The notes beneath the pieces were generated by a model, which saw only the letters and a program-made list of their open reading frames with translations, was not told the DNA's origin and did no database searches. A stretch of DNA of 63,006 bases, the filler included, from Nemertoderma westbladi (lineage: Eukaryota; Animalia; Xenacoelomorpha), in assembly GCA_032718475.1 (NCBI GenBank). It is 4 parts of 4 records of this genome, joined end to end, with 100 filler letters (N's around TTAATTAATTAA, not from the genome) between each part and the next. Parts side by side here need not be neighbours in the genome. Positions count along the whole stretch, not along the records: positions 21,509 to 36,230 come from JAUCBJ010006405.1; positions 36,331 to 53,470 come from JAUCBJ010003229.1; 2 more parts are not named here. One strand, given 5' to 3'. Made by a program: the position numbers and the translations under genes. Shown here piece by piece: positions 25,330 to 38,181 of this stretch (position 1 is the first letter of the stretch; each line of letters begins with the position of its first letter).

Positions 25330-25813
25330 CTTAGAGAGAGAGAGGGGTTTCCTTCGCGTATTAATTTCTCTGTCGCTTTTTATCACTTTTATTACTCGGA
25401 GGGGAAAAGGAGCCCAGCCAGCATGTAAAATAATGTAGTTTATTATTTTGGTTAGAAAACACCGCCACTGTAACCTGCTCCTCTACGTTACCGGTAATGT
25501 TTTCAATTAAATAAAATTAATCTTTCAAACTCACTAAAACAAATTATTTTGTGTTTACGGCCATTTTGCGCCATTGACTCAACTCTAAAGGAAAAATAGA
25601 GTCAAATAATTGGTGATTACGAATGAAAATGTAACCTGTGATGTGCATTTTAACTATATTCATAATGACCTGATGATCCTTGTTTATCTGTTTATTGTAG
25701 GCCTATCTTACCAACGCCAAAATCGTGCAAAAGCAAAAACGTGGAAAAATCTGGTAAGAAAATAGTGGCCTAGTGGCCTAATGCTGTAAAAAAACACGTG
25801 AAAGAAAACTCCC

Positions 25814-26257
25814 CTTCAATAAATCGTCGTCCCCAATTAATAGGTTCTCCGGCTTTATATCCCTGTGGGTTACTCCCTTACTGTGGAGGTATTCTACTCC
25901 GGTTATCAGCTGAGTAAAGAATCTGTGGGCCTCGAATCTGGGCATACCTATATCGGGTTCTATTCTATCGAACAGCTCCCCACCACTGGCGTACTCAAGG
26001 AATATATACTCGGTGGGGAAGTCCGTTCTGTGGCCGAAGAATTTCACGATGTTACAATGTTCCAACATTCGGTGTAACACAATCTCTTTTCTGACGTTTT
26101 CCTGTACTTGTTGGTTTAGATTCAAGTTGATTATCTTTACGGCTATCGCTTCCTGTGTTTCCTGGTTCACCGCCAGTTTAACTTCACCGTAAGCTCCCTC
26201 ACCCAGGGTCTGGATAAGGTCCCATCCTTCTACGAAATGCCCAGGATTGGCTGCCAT
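25814..26257 (-). CDS. chk1: Serine/threonine kinase Chk1, exon 1
   Basis: [29 protein letters not shown]...[14 protein letters not shown]...[18 protein letters not shown]; ends at AAG|GGGAGT. Confidence 0.95.
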
Positions 26258-26378
26258 TACCACTGTAGTAAATAGGTAAATACAGTACCTGCAACGCGGA
26301 AAGTTTTCACATTTTATATGACTGTGTATTACAGTATTAACTGATTAAAAAATGGTTAATAACTATGCTATGGTCAGA

Positions 26379-28688
26379 CAGTTAAGTAGGTTTCTTAAAT
26401 AGGAAGTTTTTTTTTCTTCCTATATAGGAAAAAGTGCTTCCTATATGACATTTTTGCCATATTTCTGAACATTTTCTTCGTTATCTTTTGAATTAAATTT
26501 TAGCGGCATATTTGAATTCCTGCTTATTGCAGGTTAATCATTACTACGTTTGTTGTGAAAACTATCTTTGCGTTCGCTTTCTATAGCCATTTTAAAAACG
26601 TTACTTTTTCCGAGAATTTTTTATATAGGAAATATTTTTTAGACGTCCTATTTAGGAGTTTAACTTATTTCTTATTTAAAATATTTTATGTATATATTTT
26701 TCTTAAATAAGAAAATATATATATTTTCCAGCAGTTCAATCCAGATACTGATAGGGCTGGGGCTGGGATACAGTTAGTTGCCCCGTCATCCTGTCTAGGC
26801 TATATGGTTTGCAGTTTCAGATAATACAGCAATATAAAACTACATCCCTCCAACACAGAGGGATATTTTTTTTAATATAATTAATAATTATTAATGCATA
26901 TTATTTTTATAATAATTAATGATTATTTATAACATATATATACCGGTATATAGTATATACCATATATATATGTCCCATATATCATATATATATATCGTAT
27001 ATATCCCATATAACATATATATATATTACAATAATATTTTTAATTGCATTTTTTTTAACTGCATTTTTAATTATTAGTAGATATACATTTTATAATTAAT
27101 TAATTATTTTAGCTATTTTATAAATTATTAATTCCATATGTTGGATTAAAGAATATAACTATTATCTGATTATTATTATTAATAATATTTTTGTAAAAAT
27201 TAACAGATTAATAATTATTCATGCAATATTATTTTTACAATAGGCCCCCTAAGCCTAATTAATAATTATTTTGCAATAATATCTTAAAATAATTAATAAT
27301 TATTGATGCAATATTATTTTTACAATAATTAATAATTATTTATGCAATAATATATTTTTTTAATAATTAATAATTAATTATGCAATACTATTTTTGCAAT
27401 AATTAGGCCTAATAATGCAATATTATTTTTAAAATAATATTTTTAAAATAATTAATAAATTAGGCCTATTAATGCAATATTATTTTTAAAATAATATTTT
27501 TAAAATAATTAATAAATTAGGCCTATTAATGCAATATTATTTTTAAAATAATATTTTTAAAATAATTAATAAATTAGGCCTATTAATGCAATATGATTTT
27601 TATAATAAATAATGATTATATATGGATCAAACAATAATTTTTGTGTAATAATTAACAGATTGATAATTATTCATGCAATATTATTTTTAAAAATACCAGT
27701 ATATAGGCTTAATTAATAATTACTTTCAGACTTTGCTGCTTTGCAATAATATTTTAAAATAATTATTAACTATTGATGCAATATTATTTTTACAATAATT
27801 AATAATTATTTATGCAATAATATTTTTTTTAATAATTAATAATTATTTATGCAATAATATTTTTACAATAATTAGGCCTAATAATTATTGATGGAAAAGT
27901 TTTTATTACAATAATATAGTATTAGAATATACTATATAGGGAAAGAGTACAGGAGTATAATATAGGGAAAGAATAATGGCAAAGTTAATTTCAGAATGCC
28001 TGTTGTTTTTCATCTACCGTAAGTCTAGCTACTGCAGTACTGTAATTGTGAGTGGAACAAAATTATCTGTCATAGGAACAAAAATTAGACAGACAGACTA
28101 ATTAAATTTCATAGGAACAAAATTCACTCAAATAGGAACGAAATTCGCAAAAAATAGGAACAAAGTTCTATGTGAATTGGAACACAATTCGCATTATCAC
28201 ATTTTAGGAACAAAGTTCGCGCTCCGAAGCTTACAGAAATTTATCGCACTCTACATTAATAACATCATCTTAAACTGAACTGGCAACTGGCAAGTCATAA
28301 TTTTTCTTAATTAAGAAAAATCAAGACATAAAATACTTTAAATAAGAAATAAGTTAAACTCCTAAATAGGACGTCTAAAAAATATTTCCTATATAAAAAA
28401 TTCTCGGAAAAAGTAACGTTTTTAAAATTGCTATAGAAAGCGAACGCACAGATAGTTTTTTTTCTAGTTTTCACAACAAACGTAGTATAGGCTAGATTAT
28501 CCTACAATAACCAGGAATTCAAATATGCCGCTAAAATTTATTTCAAAAGATAACGAAGAAAATGTTCAGAAAAATGGCAAAAATTTCCTATATACAGATA
28601 TAGGAAGCACTTTTTCCTATATAGTACTGTAGTACTGTAGTATATAGGAAGAAAAAAAACTTCCTATTTAAGAAACCTACCCTAACTG
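26379..28688. mobile_element. 2.3-kb non-autonomous TIR element with ~340-bp arms and an AT-rich repetitive core
   Basis: 26379-26715 is the reverse complement of ~28310-28688; CAGTTA..TAACTG termini; 5-bp direct repeat TCAGA on both sides. Confidence 0.85.
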
Positions 28689-29196
28689 TCAGAAGATATA
28701 AAACTGTATTATATCAGTATATTCAGATATTACAGTACCGGTACCGTATATTATAGGCCTAGCTGCCTAGTCCAGTTCCAGTAGTCTGTTAAAACTTGCT
28801 CATAAGCCAGTAAAAAAATCAATAGGCCTACTGCTGTACTGGAAATGGAACACATGGTACAGTACAGTGCCCGCCAGTCAGGCAGTAGGCCTGCAGTGGC
28901 TGAGTGGTACGTACTAAATGCTGAAACACCTCTGCTGCTCTGCACCTTGTTTAAGCAAAAATTCGAAATAAATATCACAAGCTGGCAAGCACGGTGCACG
29001 GGGGTTTACGGTCCTACTTTTTTACTTCTGACTTATATCATTTTATACCGGTATACTTCAAACTACAGTATGCAGTACTGCACACTGATACATATAACTA
29101 AAATACTGAAATACCGCCAAACTGCCAACAAGCAGACCAGTACCGGTTGATTTCACTATTTCTACAAAATTCAAATTTCCCGGGTTTTACTTTTCA

Positions 29197-29349
29197 ACGT
29201 ATGCCGTACGTATCCACGTATGTGCGTATGTATCCACGTATGTGCGTATGTATCCACGTATGTACGACTTTACGTATGTATCCACGTATGTGCGTACGTA
29301 TCCACGTATGTGCGTACGTATCTACGTATGTGCATACGTATCCACGTAT
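29197..29349. repeat. 20-bp minisatellite (ACGTATGTGCGTATGTATCC)n
   Basis: Tandem copies read directly. Confidence 0.85.
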
Positions 29350-29946
29350 CTATACATTACATTGAGCGATTTCACAAACGCGTATGCATACGCGTTGTCG
29401 AATACTGTTTCCTGATTGGTGCAGATGGGATACGAGAGAAATGTCATACAAAACGCTTAGGGGTAAAAATCTTTTCGACCTACGCGTAGTTCGCAACATT
29501 GGGTCATACATCACAGAGTGGCTGGCATAATTCAATGCGCCAGGTATTCATTTCATACATTTAAACATTTGCCACTTGAGGAATAAGGTGGATGAGTAAA
29601 GGATTATAATGATAACTTTTAATAATAATATGTATGGGAAATGGGAAGGTAAAGGGGGGTGGGGGGGGGGGGGGGGGATCGCAATCAATATTCTTCCCTC
29701 CTAGGTGAAAATCGACGAAAATAACAGCTTGTTTACTATTAAAAATAAAACTGCAACTACAGGGAAAATTTTAGAAAGATGTGCTTATTTTAGTCAATAG
29801 ACAATATTACATGTTTACCAAGTTTGGCAGAATTTAGTCAAAAGATTAAATAATGAGTTACGATTTTTAAAATATAAGAATAGTCTTGAATAAAGAATAG
29901 TGATGTATAGGCTACTAAACCAAGGGATACGTGATATACAGTATGA

Positions 29947-30490
29947 CTACTACTACTACTAGGATCGGCATACTGCATTGCAGCTGCATTTTTAAGAATG
30001 CTGTGCCGGCTTCTCGACAAAATTGCACCGCCACAACTCCCTATCACCCATGACATTTGCTAGATCATCCGCATCTTCAAGGCCAGTGTCCTTTAAGATG
30101 CGTCTCAAGAAAGTCATGGGCTGTCCACCATGCTTATTCACTCCATGAGGTTGCCAAAGTACAAGAGTATGCACTGGTTGGTCCTCACGGCGAAAGCAAT
30201 GTCCTGCAAAGCGGAGGCGATTTTGTTCTAGTGTCAAGCTTGGGGGAACCAATGAGACACCTCCAATGTTATATAGTGTCTGGTTGGAGATGTGTGCAAT
30301 TGTGCATTGTACTTGACACAATGAACCCGGCGTAGCATTCTTGTGAATGTGCCATCCAGAGATTTGGTGTCCTCAGCAGTTAGAGCCCAGCATGGACTCT
30401 AATAGAGGAGTACTGGAACTACTGCTGCTCTAAATAATCGGACCTTAAGTTTCCGATTAATTCTCGGTGACTTCCAAATCCTGGAAATCC
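29947..30490 (-). mobile_element. 3' remnant of an RTE-like LINE
   Basis: RLRFAGHCFRREDQPVHTLVLWQP...DRELWR, then a 3' UTR and (TAG)n tail. Confidence 0.8.
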
Positions 30491-31278
30491 AAATCTCTAA
30501 CCGCATCATCCGTTGCCACTTCTCATGTTCTGGAAGACTGGCTAAGAAGTTTCCTAAGGTGGTTCTGATTGTGTGCTACTCTCCAACGAGTGTTGCCCCT
30601 GTAGAGGAGGTGGAAAATTTTCACCACAATCTACAAGCAGCTACTGATGGAGTGGATCAGCATGCATTCTTAACATTCCTGGGAGACTTTAATGCCAGTC
30701 AGCATCAATCACCTATATCGCCCTGGGTCTATAGCAACAGTTTTAACCGAAATTCCATCAATCTTCAGGATTTTATCTCTGGAAATGGATTTGTATTCGG
30801 CTGGAACCCAGTTCAAGAAGCGAACTGGAAAGCTATGGACTCATAGTGGACCCAGTTTTCACAAGTCCCAGATAGACCATATTCTGTTTCGTAGGAAATA
30901 CAGGAGCTCTATACAAGACTGTAATGCATTTACACTACGACCCTTCTCCAGTGATTACCGCTTTATTGTGGCCAAGGTACAGTAAGACTTAGTCTGCGTG
31001 CTAGCAGAACAACGAAATCTGCCTTGCCGCGGCATGACTGGTCCTCTCTGTTGCAACAGCCAAGTGTGAGATCCAGCTTCGCACTACAGCTGAGCAACAT
31101 GTATGAGGTTCTTGCCTCTGAGGCAGCAGATCACTGCGAGGGCTATACTGCCTTCACAAAAGAAGTTAAATTAGCAGCTGCAGAAACAGTTCCTGTATAC
31201 CCTCGAAACAGGAAAAGGGCCCCCTGGACTGACAACAAAATTCAGAAGTGCCGAAATGACCTCTATAACTACCCATGA
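30490..31278 (+). pseudogene. Frameshifted LINE apurinic endonuclease-like (APE) region
   Basis: IVCYSPT...FLGDFNA...NSINL / WTHSGP...SQIDHIL...SSDYR across three frames. Confidence 0.8.
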
Positions 31279-31330
31279 TCCGATGCATAATTTACCTGAT
31301 GAGATATAGCGATTGATAAATTAACGCTAT

Positions 31331-31470
31331 CGTGATCACTGGTTGAGAACGGTGGCTTCGTGATCACTGGTTGAGAACGGTGGCTTCGTGATCACTGGTT
31401 GAGAACGGTGGCTTCGTGATCACTGGTTGAGAACGGTGGCTTCGTGATCACTGGTTGAGAACGGTGGCTT
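31331..31470. repeat. 28-bp tandem repeat x5 (CGTGATCACTGGTTGAGAACGGTGGCTT)
   Basis: Perfect copies read directly. Confidence 0.95.
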
Positions 31471-31529
31471 AACTTCAACGTTAGATACAAATTGATCTTC
31501 TGATGAGAATACGAGATCCAAAAACGCTA

Positions 31530-32745
31530 CCAAGACGTGTAGCTCAATCTGTAGCAGGGAGAGACCAAGACGTGTAGCTCAATCTGTAGCAGGGAGAGAC
31601 CAAGACGTGTTGGCTCAATCTGTAGCAGGGAGAGACCAAGACGTGTAGCTCAATCTGTAGCAGGGAGAGACCAAGACGTGTAGCTCAATCTGTAGCAGGG
31701 AGAGACCAAGACGTGTTGGCTCAATCTGTAGCAGGGAGAGACCAAGACGTGTAGCTCAATCTGTAGCAGGGAGAGACCAAGACGTGTTGGCTCAATCTGT
31801 AGCAGGGAGAGACCAAGACGTGTTGGCTCAATCTGTAGCAGGGAGAGACCAAGACGTGTTGGCTCAATCTGTAGCAGGGAGAGACCAAGACGTGTTGGCT
31901 CAATCTGTAGCAGGGAGAGACCAAGACGTGTTGGCTCAATCTGTAGCAGGGAGAGACCAAGACGTGTAGCTCAATCTGTAGCAGGGAGAAACCAAGACGT
32001 GTAGCTCAATCTGTAGCAGGGAGAGACCAAGACGTGTTGGCTCAATCTGTAGCAGGGAGAGACCAAGACGTGTTGGCTCAATCTGTAGCAGGGAGAGACC
32101 AAGACGTGTAGCTCAATCTGTAGCAGGGAGAGACCAAGACGTGTTGGCTCAATCTGTAGCAGGGAGAGACCAAGACGTGTTGGCTCAATCTGTAGCAGGG
32201 AGAGACCAAGACGTGTTGGCTCAATCTGTAGCAGGGAGAGACCAAGACGTGTTGGCTCAATCTGTAGCAGGGAGAGACCAAGACGTGTTGGCTCAATCTG
32301 TAGCAGGGAGAGACCAAGACGTGTTGGCTCAATCTGTAGCAGGGAGAGACCAAGACGTGTTGGCTCAATCTGTAGCAGGGAGAGACCAAGACGTGTAGCT
32401 CAATCTGTAGCAGGGAGAGACCAAGACGTGTAGCTCAATCTGTAGCAGGGAGAGACCAAGACGTGTTGGCTCAATCTGTAGCAGGGAGAGACCAAGACGT
32501 GTTGGCTCAATCTGTAGCAGGGAGAGACCAAGACGTGTAGCTCAATCTGTAGCAGGGAGAGACCAAGACGTGTTGGCTCAATCTGTAGCAGGGAGAGACC
32601 AAGACGTGTTGGCTCAATCTGTAGCAGGGAGAGACCAAGACGTGTTGGCTCAATCTGTAGCAGGGAGAGACCAAGACGTGTTGGCGCAATCTGTAGCAGG
32701 GAGAGACCAAGACGTGTTGGCTCAATCTGTAGCAGGGAGAGACCA
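31530..32745. repeat. 35/36-bp satellite CCAAGACGTGT(TG/A)GCTCAATCTGTAGCAGGGAGAGA
   Basis: About 34 copies in two variants. Confidence 0.98.
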
Positions 32746-32848
32746 TTATCCAAAACAAAATTGTTACACAAGTTGTATTTCACGTTGTCAGGGTGTGATC
32801 CACAAGACCAATCGTAGTCAAGTTGAAATCGCCAAATAATGCTCCCGG

Positions 32849-34735
32849 AAAAACTACATCGAATAAATAGCTAAGCTAAAAAACTACATCGAATAAATAG
32901 CTAAGCTAAAAAACTACATCGAATAACTAGCTAAGCTAAAAAACTACATCGAATAAATAGCTAAGCTAAAAAACTACATCGAATAAATAGCTAAGCTAAA
33001 AAACTACATCGAATAAATAGCTAAGCTAAAAAACTACATCGAATAAATAGCTAAGCTAAAAAACTACATCGAATAACTAGCTAAGCTAAAAAACTACATC
33101 GAATAAATAGCTAAGCTAAAAAACTACATCGAATAAATAGCTAAGCTAAAAAACTACATCGAATAAATAGCTAAGCTAAAAAACTACATCGAATAAATAG
33201 CTAAGCTAAAAAACTACATCGAATAAATAGCTAAGCTAAAAAACTACATCGAATAAATAGCTAAGCTAAAAAACTACATCGAATAAATAGCTAAGCTAAA
33301 AAACTACATCGAATAAATAGCTAAGCTAAAAAACTACATCGAATAAATAGCTAAGCTAAAAAACTACATCGAATAAATAGCTAAGCTAAAAAACTACATC
33401 GAATAAATAGCTAAGCTAAAAAACTACATCGAATAAATAGCTAAGCTAAAAAACTACATCGAATAAATAGCTAAGCTAAAAAACTACATCGAATAAATAG
33501 CTAAGCTAAAAAACTACATCGAATAAATAGCTAAGCTAAAATCTACATCGAATAAATAGCTAAGCTAAAAAACTACATCGAATAAATAGCTAAGCTAAAA
33601 AACTACATCGAATAAATAGCTAAGCTAAAAAACTACATCGAATAAATAGCTAAGCTAAAAAACTACATCGAATAAATAGCTAAGCTAAAAAACTACATCG
33701 AATAAATAGCTAAGCTAAAAAACTACATCGAATAAATAGCTAAGCTAAAAAACTATATCGAATAAATAGCTAAGCTAAAAAACTACATCGAATAAATAGC
33801 TAAGCTAAAAAACTACATCGAATAAATAGCTAAGCTAAAAAACTACATCGAATAAATAGCTAAGCTAAAAAACTACATCGAATAAATAGCTAAGCTAAAA
33901 ATCTACATCGAATAAATAGCTAAGCTAAAAAACTACATCGAATAAATAGCTAAGCTAAAAAACTACATCGAATAAATAGCTAAGCTAAACAACTATATCG
34001 AATAAATAGCTAAGCTAAAAAACTACATCGAATAAATAGCTAAGCTAAAAAACTACATCGAATAAATAGCTAAGCTAAAAAACTACATCGAATAAATAGC
34101 TAAGCTAAAAAACTACATCGAATAAATAGCTAAGCTAAAAAACTACATCGAATAAATAGCTAAGCTAAAAAACTACATCGAATAAATAGCTAAGCTAAAA
34201 AACTACATCGAATAAATAGCTAAGCTAAAAAACTACATCGAATAAATAGCTAAGCTAAAAAACTACATCGAATAAATAGCTAAGCTAAAAAACTACATCG
34301 AATAAATAGCTAAGCTAAAAAACTACATCGAATAAATAGCTAAGCTAAAAAACTACATCGAATAAATAGCTAAGCTAAAAAACTACATCGAATAAATAGC
34401 TAAGCTAAAAAACTACATCGAATAAATAGCTAAGCTAAAAAACTACATCGAATAAATAGCTAAGCTAAAAAACTACATCGAATAAATAGCTAAGCTAAAA
34501 AACTACATCGAATAAATAGCTAAGCTAAAAAACTACATCGAATAAATAGCTAAGCTAAAAAACTACATCGAATAAATAGCTAAGCTAAAAAACTACATCG
34601 AATAAATAGCTAAGCTAAAAAACTACATCGAATAAATAGCTAAGCTAAAAAACTACATCGAATAAATAGCTAAGCTAAAAAAACTACATCGAATAAATAG
34701 CTAAGCTAAAAAACTACATCGAATAAATAGCTAAG
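32849..34735. repeat. 30-bp satellite (AAAAAACTACATCGAATAAATAGCTAAGCT)n
   Basis: About 63 almost identical copies. Confidence 0.98.
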
Positions 34736-36230
34736 ACAGTCGAGCAATGTGCGATCTTCATCTCATCCCTTTCATTTTCAAACAACCTAAATGACAAAAT
34801 TGACTTTTCATGTAAAATCGATTCTAATTTTGTTTGAAAGTAATATTCCAGGATTTTGGTATTATTTACTTCTAAATCCATTAAATGTAACGATTTTAAA
34901 CAAAAATAGTTATGGTATTGGAATTATGTAACATATTAGGTAGGAAACTATGTATAAGGATATAGGTTGTTTCAAAAAAATATTACATTTTTTACAAGAT
35001 TACTCAAAAAGCATTTATTTATTTAATTTAATATCGTACGTTATTAACACAGTAATAAGTACAGCGAAGAAAAGTATACTAATAACTAGGTAGCACAAAT
35101 AGAGTGTAAAGTAAGTAAATACAGAGCCAACAGGAACAGACAAACCAGGATTAATGATGGCACATTAGATGCACAACCAATATGAGACAAATACATAAAA
35201 AATAATATTAAATCGTTTACACTGTGGCTATATACTCCAATATATCGTTTAAATCGTTTGTACTAAAATAAGGGATCTCCCAGTTATCTGAGATAACAAT
35301 TGATTAATTCTTTACATAAATTGACCTTCCATAAGTTATCAATACCGCACGGCACATATGATAATTGCTTTACATTCTTAACAGTTAATGACCGTAAATT
35401 ACGCAAATTGCACAAATTACTATTTTTCTTAAATTACAACCGGCTCGCGATCTGCAATCGAACAAACACAATTCAGCCAAAAAACGAATGGATGGTTTAA
35501 TTGAAGACAGTAAACTAAAACTAAATGACACAAATCTCGATTGTAACATAATACAGGGATGCATAAAATTGACTAAATTTTCAACAATAAATCTGTGAGT
35601 TAATCGAGGTAAACCAAAAATAATCCTAATGTTAATGTTCCAAGCGCTATAAATTCTAGTACACTGTGGAGAAAACTACATTAAAGCTCTTAAGACAAAT
35701 TCGATTATCGATTATTAAGTTTTAAAAATATAAAACAAATATCCCCCTTGTTGCGATATATGGCGCTGTGTACAGAGCAACCCGTTATACAGTATAAAAT
35801 AAGTTAGATAAGTGCGTATTGATGTGCAACCGTAATAATTAGATAGGGTAAATAAAAAATACACGAGTTCATTTTATATTCAGTCGATTTTATACAGTAT
35901 GTAGCCCTATTTACGTCATTTTATAATAAAACCCTGATATATTCATTTGCGGTGGCAAAATTCTTTAAAACAAAATATGAATTTTGCCGTTTTCCAATAT
36001 ATATCGAATCTAATACATACATTTGTGCTAATTTTATAAATCGATGTTTGTGCTAAAATAACGCCTAAATTGTGCTTTTAATAATCGCCAAATTAAGTTG
36101 AGGCGATTACGTGCTTTAATGATCCTAAATTGAGTTCTGCCCACTGGTTGGTCGAAAATCCAGCTGAGACAACCCTGGATGTCGCCTGATTATGTGAGCA
36201 AATTTAGACTTTGCGTCATTCCTACAGTTT

Positions 36231-36330
36231 NNNNNNNNNNNNNNNNNNNNNNNNNNNNNNNNNNNNNNNNNNNNTTAATTAATTAANNNNNNNNNNNNNN
36301 NNNNNNNNNNNNNNNNNNNNNNNNNNNNNN
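36231..36330. other. Assembly gap/linker
   Basis: N-TTAATTAATTAA-N. Confidence 0.97.
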
Positions 36331-36714
36331 GGTAGTGAAGTTAAAGTCAGACGAAGCCTGATCCGAGCCGCCCTATAGATCTCGGGGTAATATGTTTTAT
36401 AATGAGATCGGTATATTTCATGAACTGAAATCTCTGGATTGCAAGATTTATAAAACTATCTACGTGTGGAGGTAGTGTTTGCAATTAGGTTTCTTGTATG
36501 TATTATTGTATCATTACCACTGCATATATATCTAAAATATAACTTATTAACCTATGTCGACCGTAACGCTGCAAAGTAATACTTTTCTGCGGTACGAGGA
36601 TATCACCAGAACGATTAAAGTTACATAATGTATACAAATTATTACATATTAGAATCAAATAAATACATACTCTGTACCCTATGTCCCTTGATTTATAATA
36701 ATTCACGATCGCGC

Positions 36715-37210
36715 GAACGCAATCTCGGCATAAATTTACCGGAAAATAAAACACTATTTATCTTCAATGTTATTCACAAGCCTACATTAGTTAGTTACTG
36801 TATATAATGATATAAACGAGTCTTTGATGCGAGCGCGTGCTAGTAAAGTAAACATTCCAATCCAATGGAATACGTACAATACACGCAATGCATACAATAT
36901 GTATCGTGTTTCCTCTATCAGCGTATTTGAGACAGAGAGAGCCGTGAGTGCTGTACCTCTTATAGAACGCAATCTCGGCATAAATTTACCGGAAAATAAA
37001 ACACTATTTATCTTCAATGTTATTCACAAGCCTACATTAGTTAGTTACTGTATATAATGATATAAACGAGTCTTTGATGCGAGCGCGTGCTAGTAAAGTA
37101 AACATTCCAATCCAATGCAATACGTACAATACACGCAATGCATACGTATCGTGTTTCCTCTATCAGCGTATTTGAGACAGAGAGAGCCGTGAGTGCTGTA
37201 CCTTTTATAG
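36715..37210. repeat. 250-bp tandem duplication
   Basis: GAACGCAATCTCGGC... at 36715 and 36965, nearly identical. Confidence 0.9.
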
Positions 37211-37849
37211 CTCACTAGATTAGAACGTTTAATTGAACTTTGTTAATGATCTGTTAATTTATCGTTAACCTTAATTAATGCTATTAAATACGCTTCGTAT
37301 ATTTCACTATACTCTAAGAGTGCTCTATCAAGGGCATCATTAAATTTTATTTTTTACAGTAGTTGCCGTAGGGCCGAGTAAATGTATTGCTCGAATCTTT
37401 GATAGGAAATAATATTTCTGAGAAGGTTAATATTACGTGACATTTTAAAAGTTATACTTCGCTACTTATTAATCGTGCTGATAGCTACTGTATTATTCTA
37501 GTTTTGCTATCATCACCCTTCTGCCTAGAAACTTTATTAAAGGTAAACCCGAGTGATTAAATAAACAGAGCGTGACGAGTAATAAATTAATATAATATTT
37601 ACCGTGAAAATTAACAAGGGTGAGGGGGGATTGGACAAGAGGGTAGATTATCTGACATTCTCCTTTAGGAATTCTGGCTCACCGGGAGCTTGTTTCTACG
37701 CCAGGAAGAGCTCATACGATTGATACATATATATCATATCTATAGTATAGTTTGCATATGCATAGCATTGAAATACGAATACGGACTAATCAAACTTCAT
37801 TTGCATCCATTTCAATACAAAAATAATAATACAATTTCTGTTGAACACA

Positions 37850-37940
37850 TTCTGCCACACAGGCTGCCATGTGGGATCGAACAGGTGACCTCCAGGTTGG
37901 AAGGCTCTAATCATTCAGACAGACACCACAAGCAACTATA
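37850..37940 (-). mobile_element. Possible degenerate tRNA-derived SINE head
   Basis: Minus strand GGAGGTCACCTGTTCGATCCCAC resembles a B-box/T-arm; the A-box is poor. Confidence 0.35.
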
Positions 37941-38181
37941 AACATATAAACCATTAATTATCCCACAATCATTCTTATTATAAATGGAAGGATTTAAGAA
38001 GAATCTGATATATTGAAAAATAAGGTATAAAAAACCAGATGGTGTTTATTGTAACACGAATGTCTAATAATATAATACAATAATAATATACTAGCTCACG
38101 AGTTTATAATTACTAGTTACCAGAACAAAACCTAAAATGTACGTGAGGCTAATTAAATACAAGTTCGCAACAAATTCAGTT

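Noticed and set aside
25330-25386. MIKSDREINTRRKPLSLSK as the start of a separate kinase, or Chk1 as a split pseudogene
   Set aside because: Both halves are intact and join exactly through one intron; this stretch is intronic.
26263-26288. 26-nt GT-AG micro-intron in the Chk1 5' UTR
   Set aside because: No protein constraint is available to test it, and the upstream TTGCAG could equally be an acceptor.
31295-31530. Hammerhead ribozymes at the CTGATGAG cores (31297, 31500)
   Set aside because: No correctly placed GAAA or closing stems were found.
21509-34735. CRISPR-like arrays (28-36 bp repeats)
   Set aside because: Units are head-to-tail with no unique spacers, there are no cas genes, and the context is eukaryotic.
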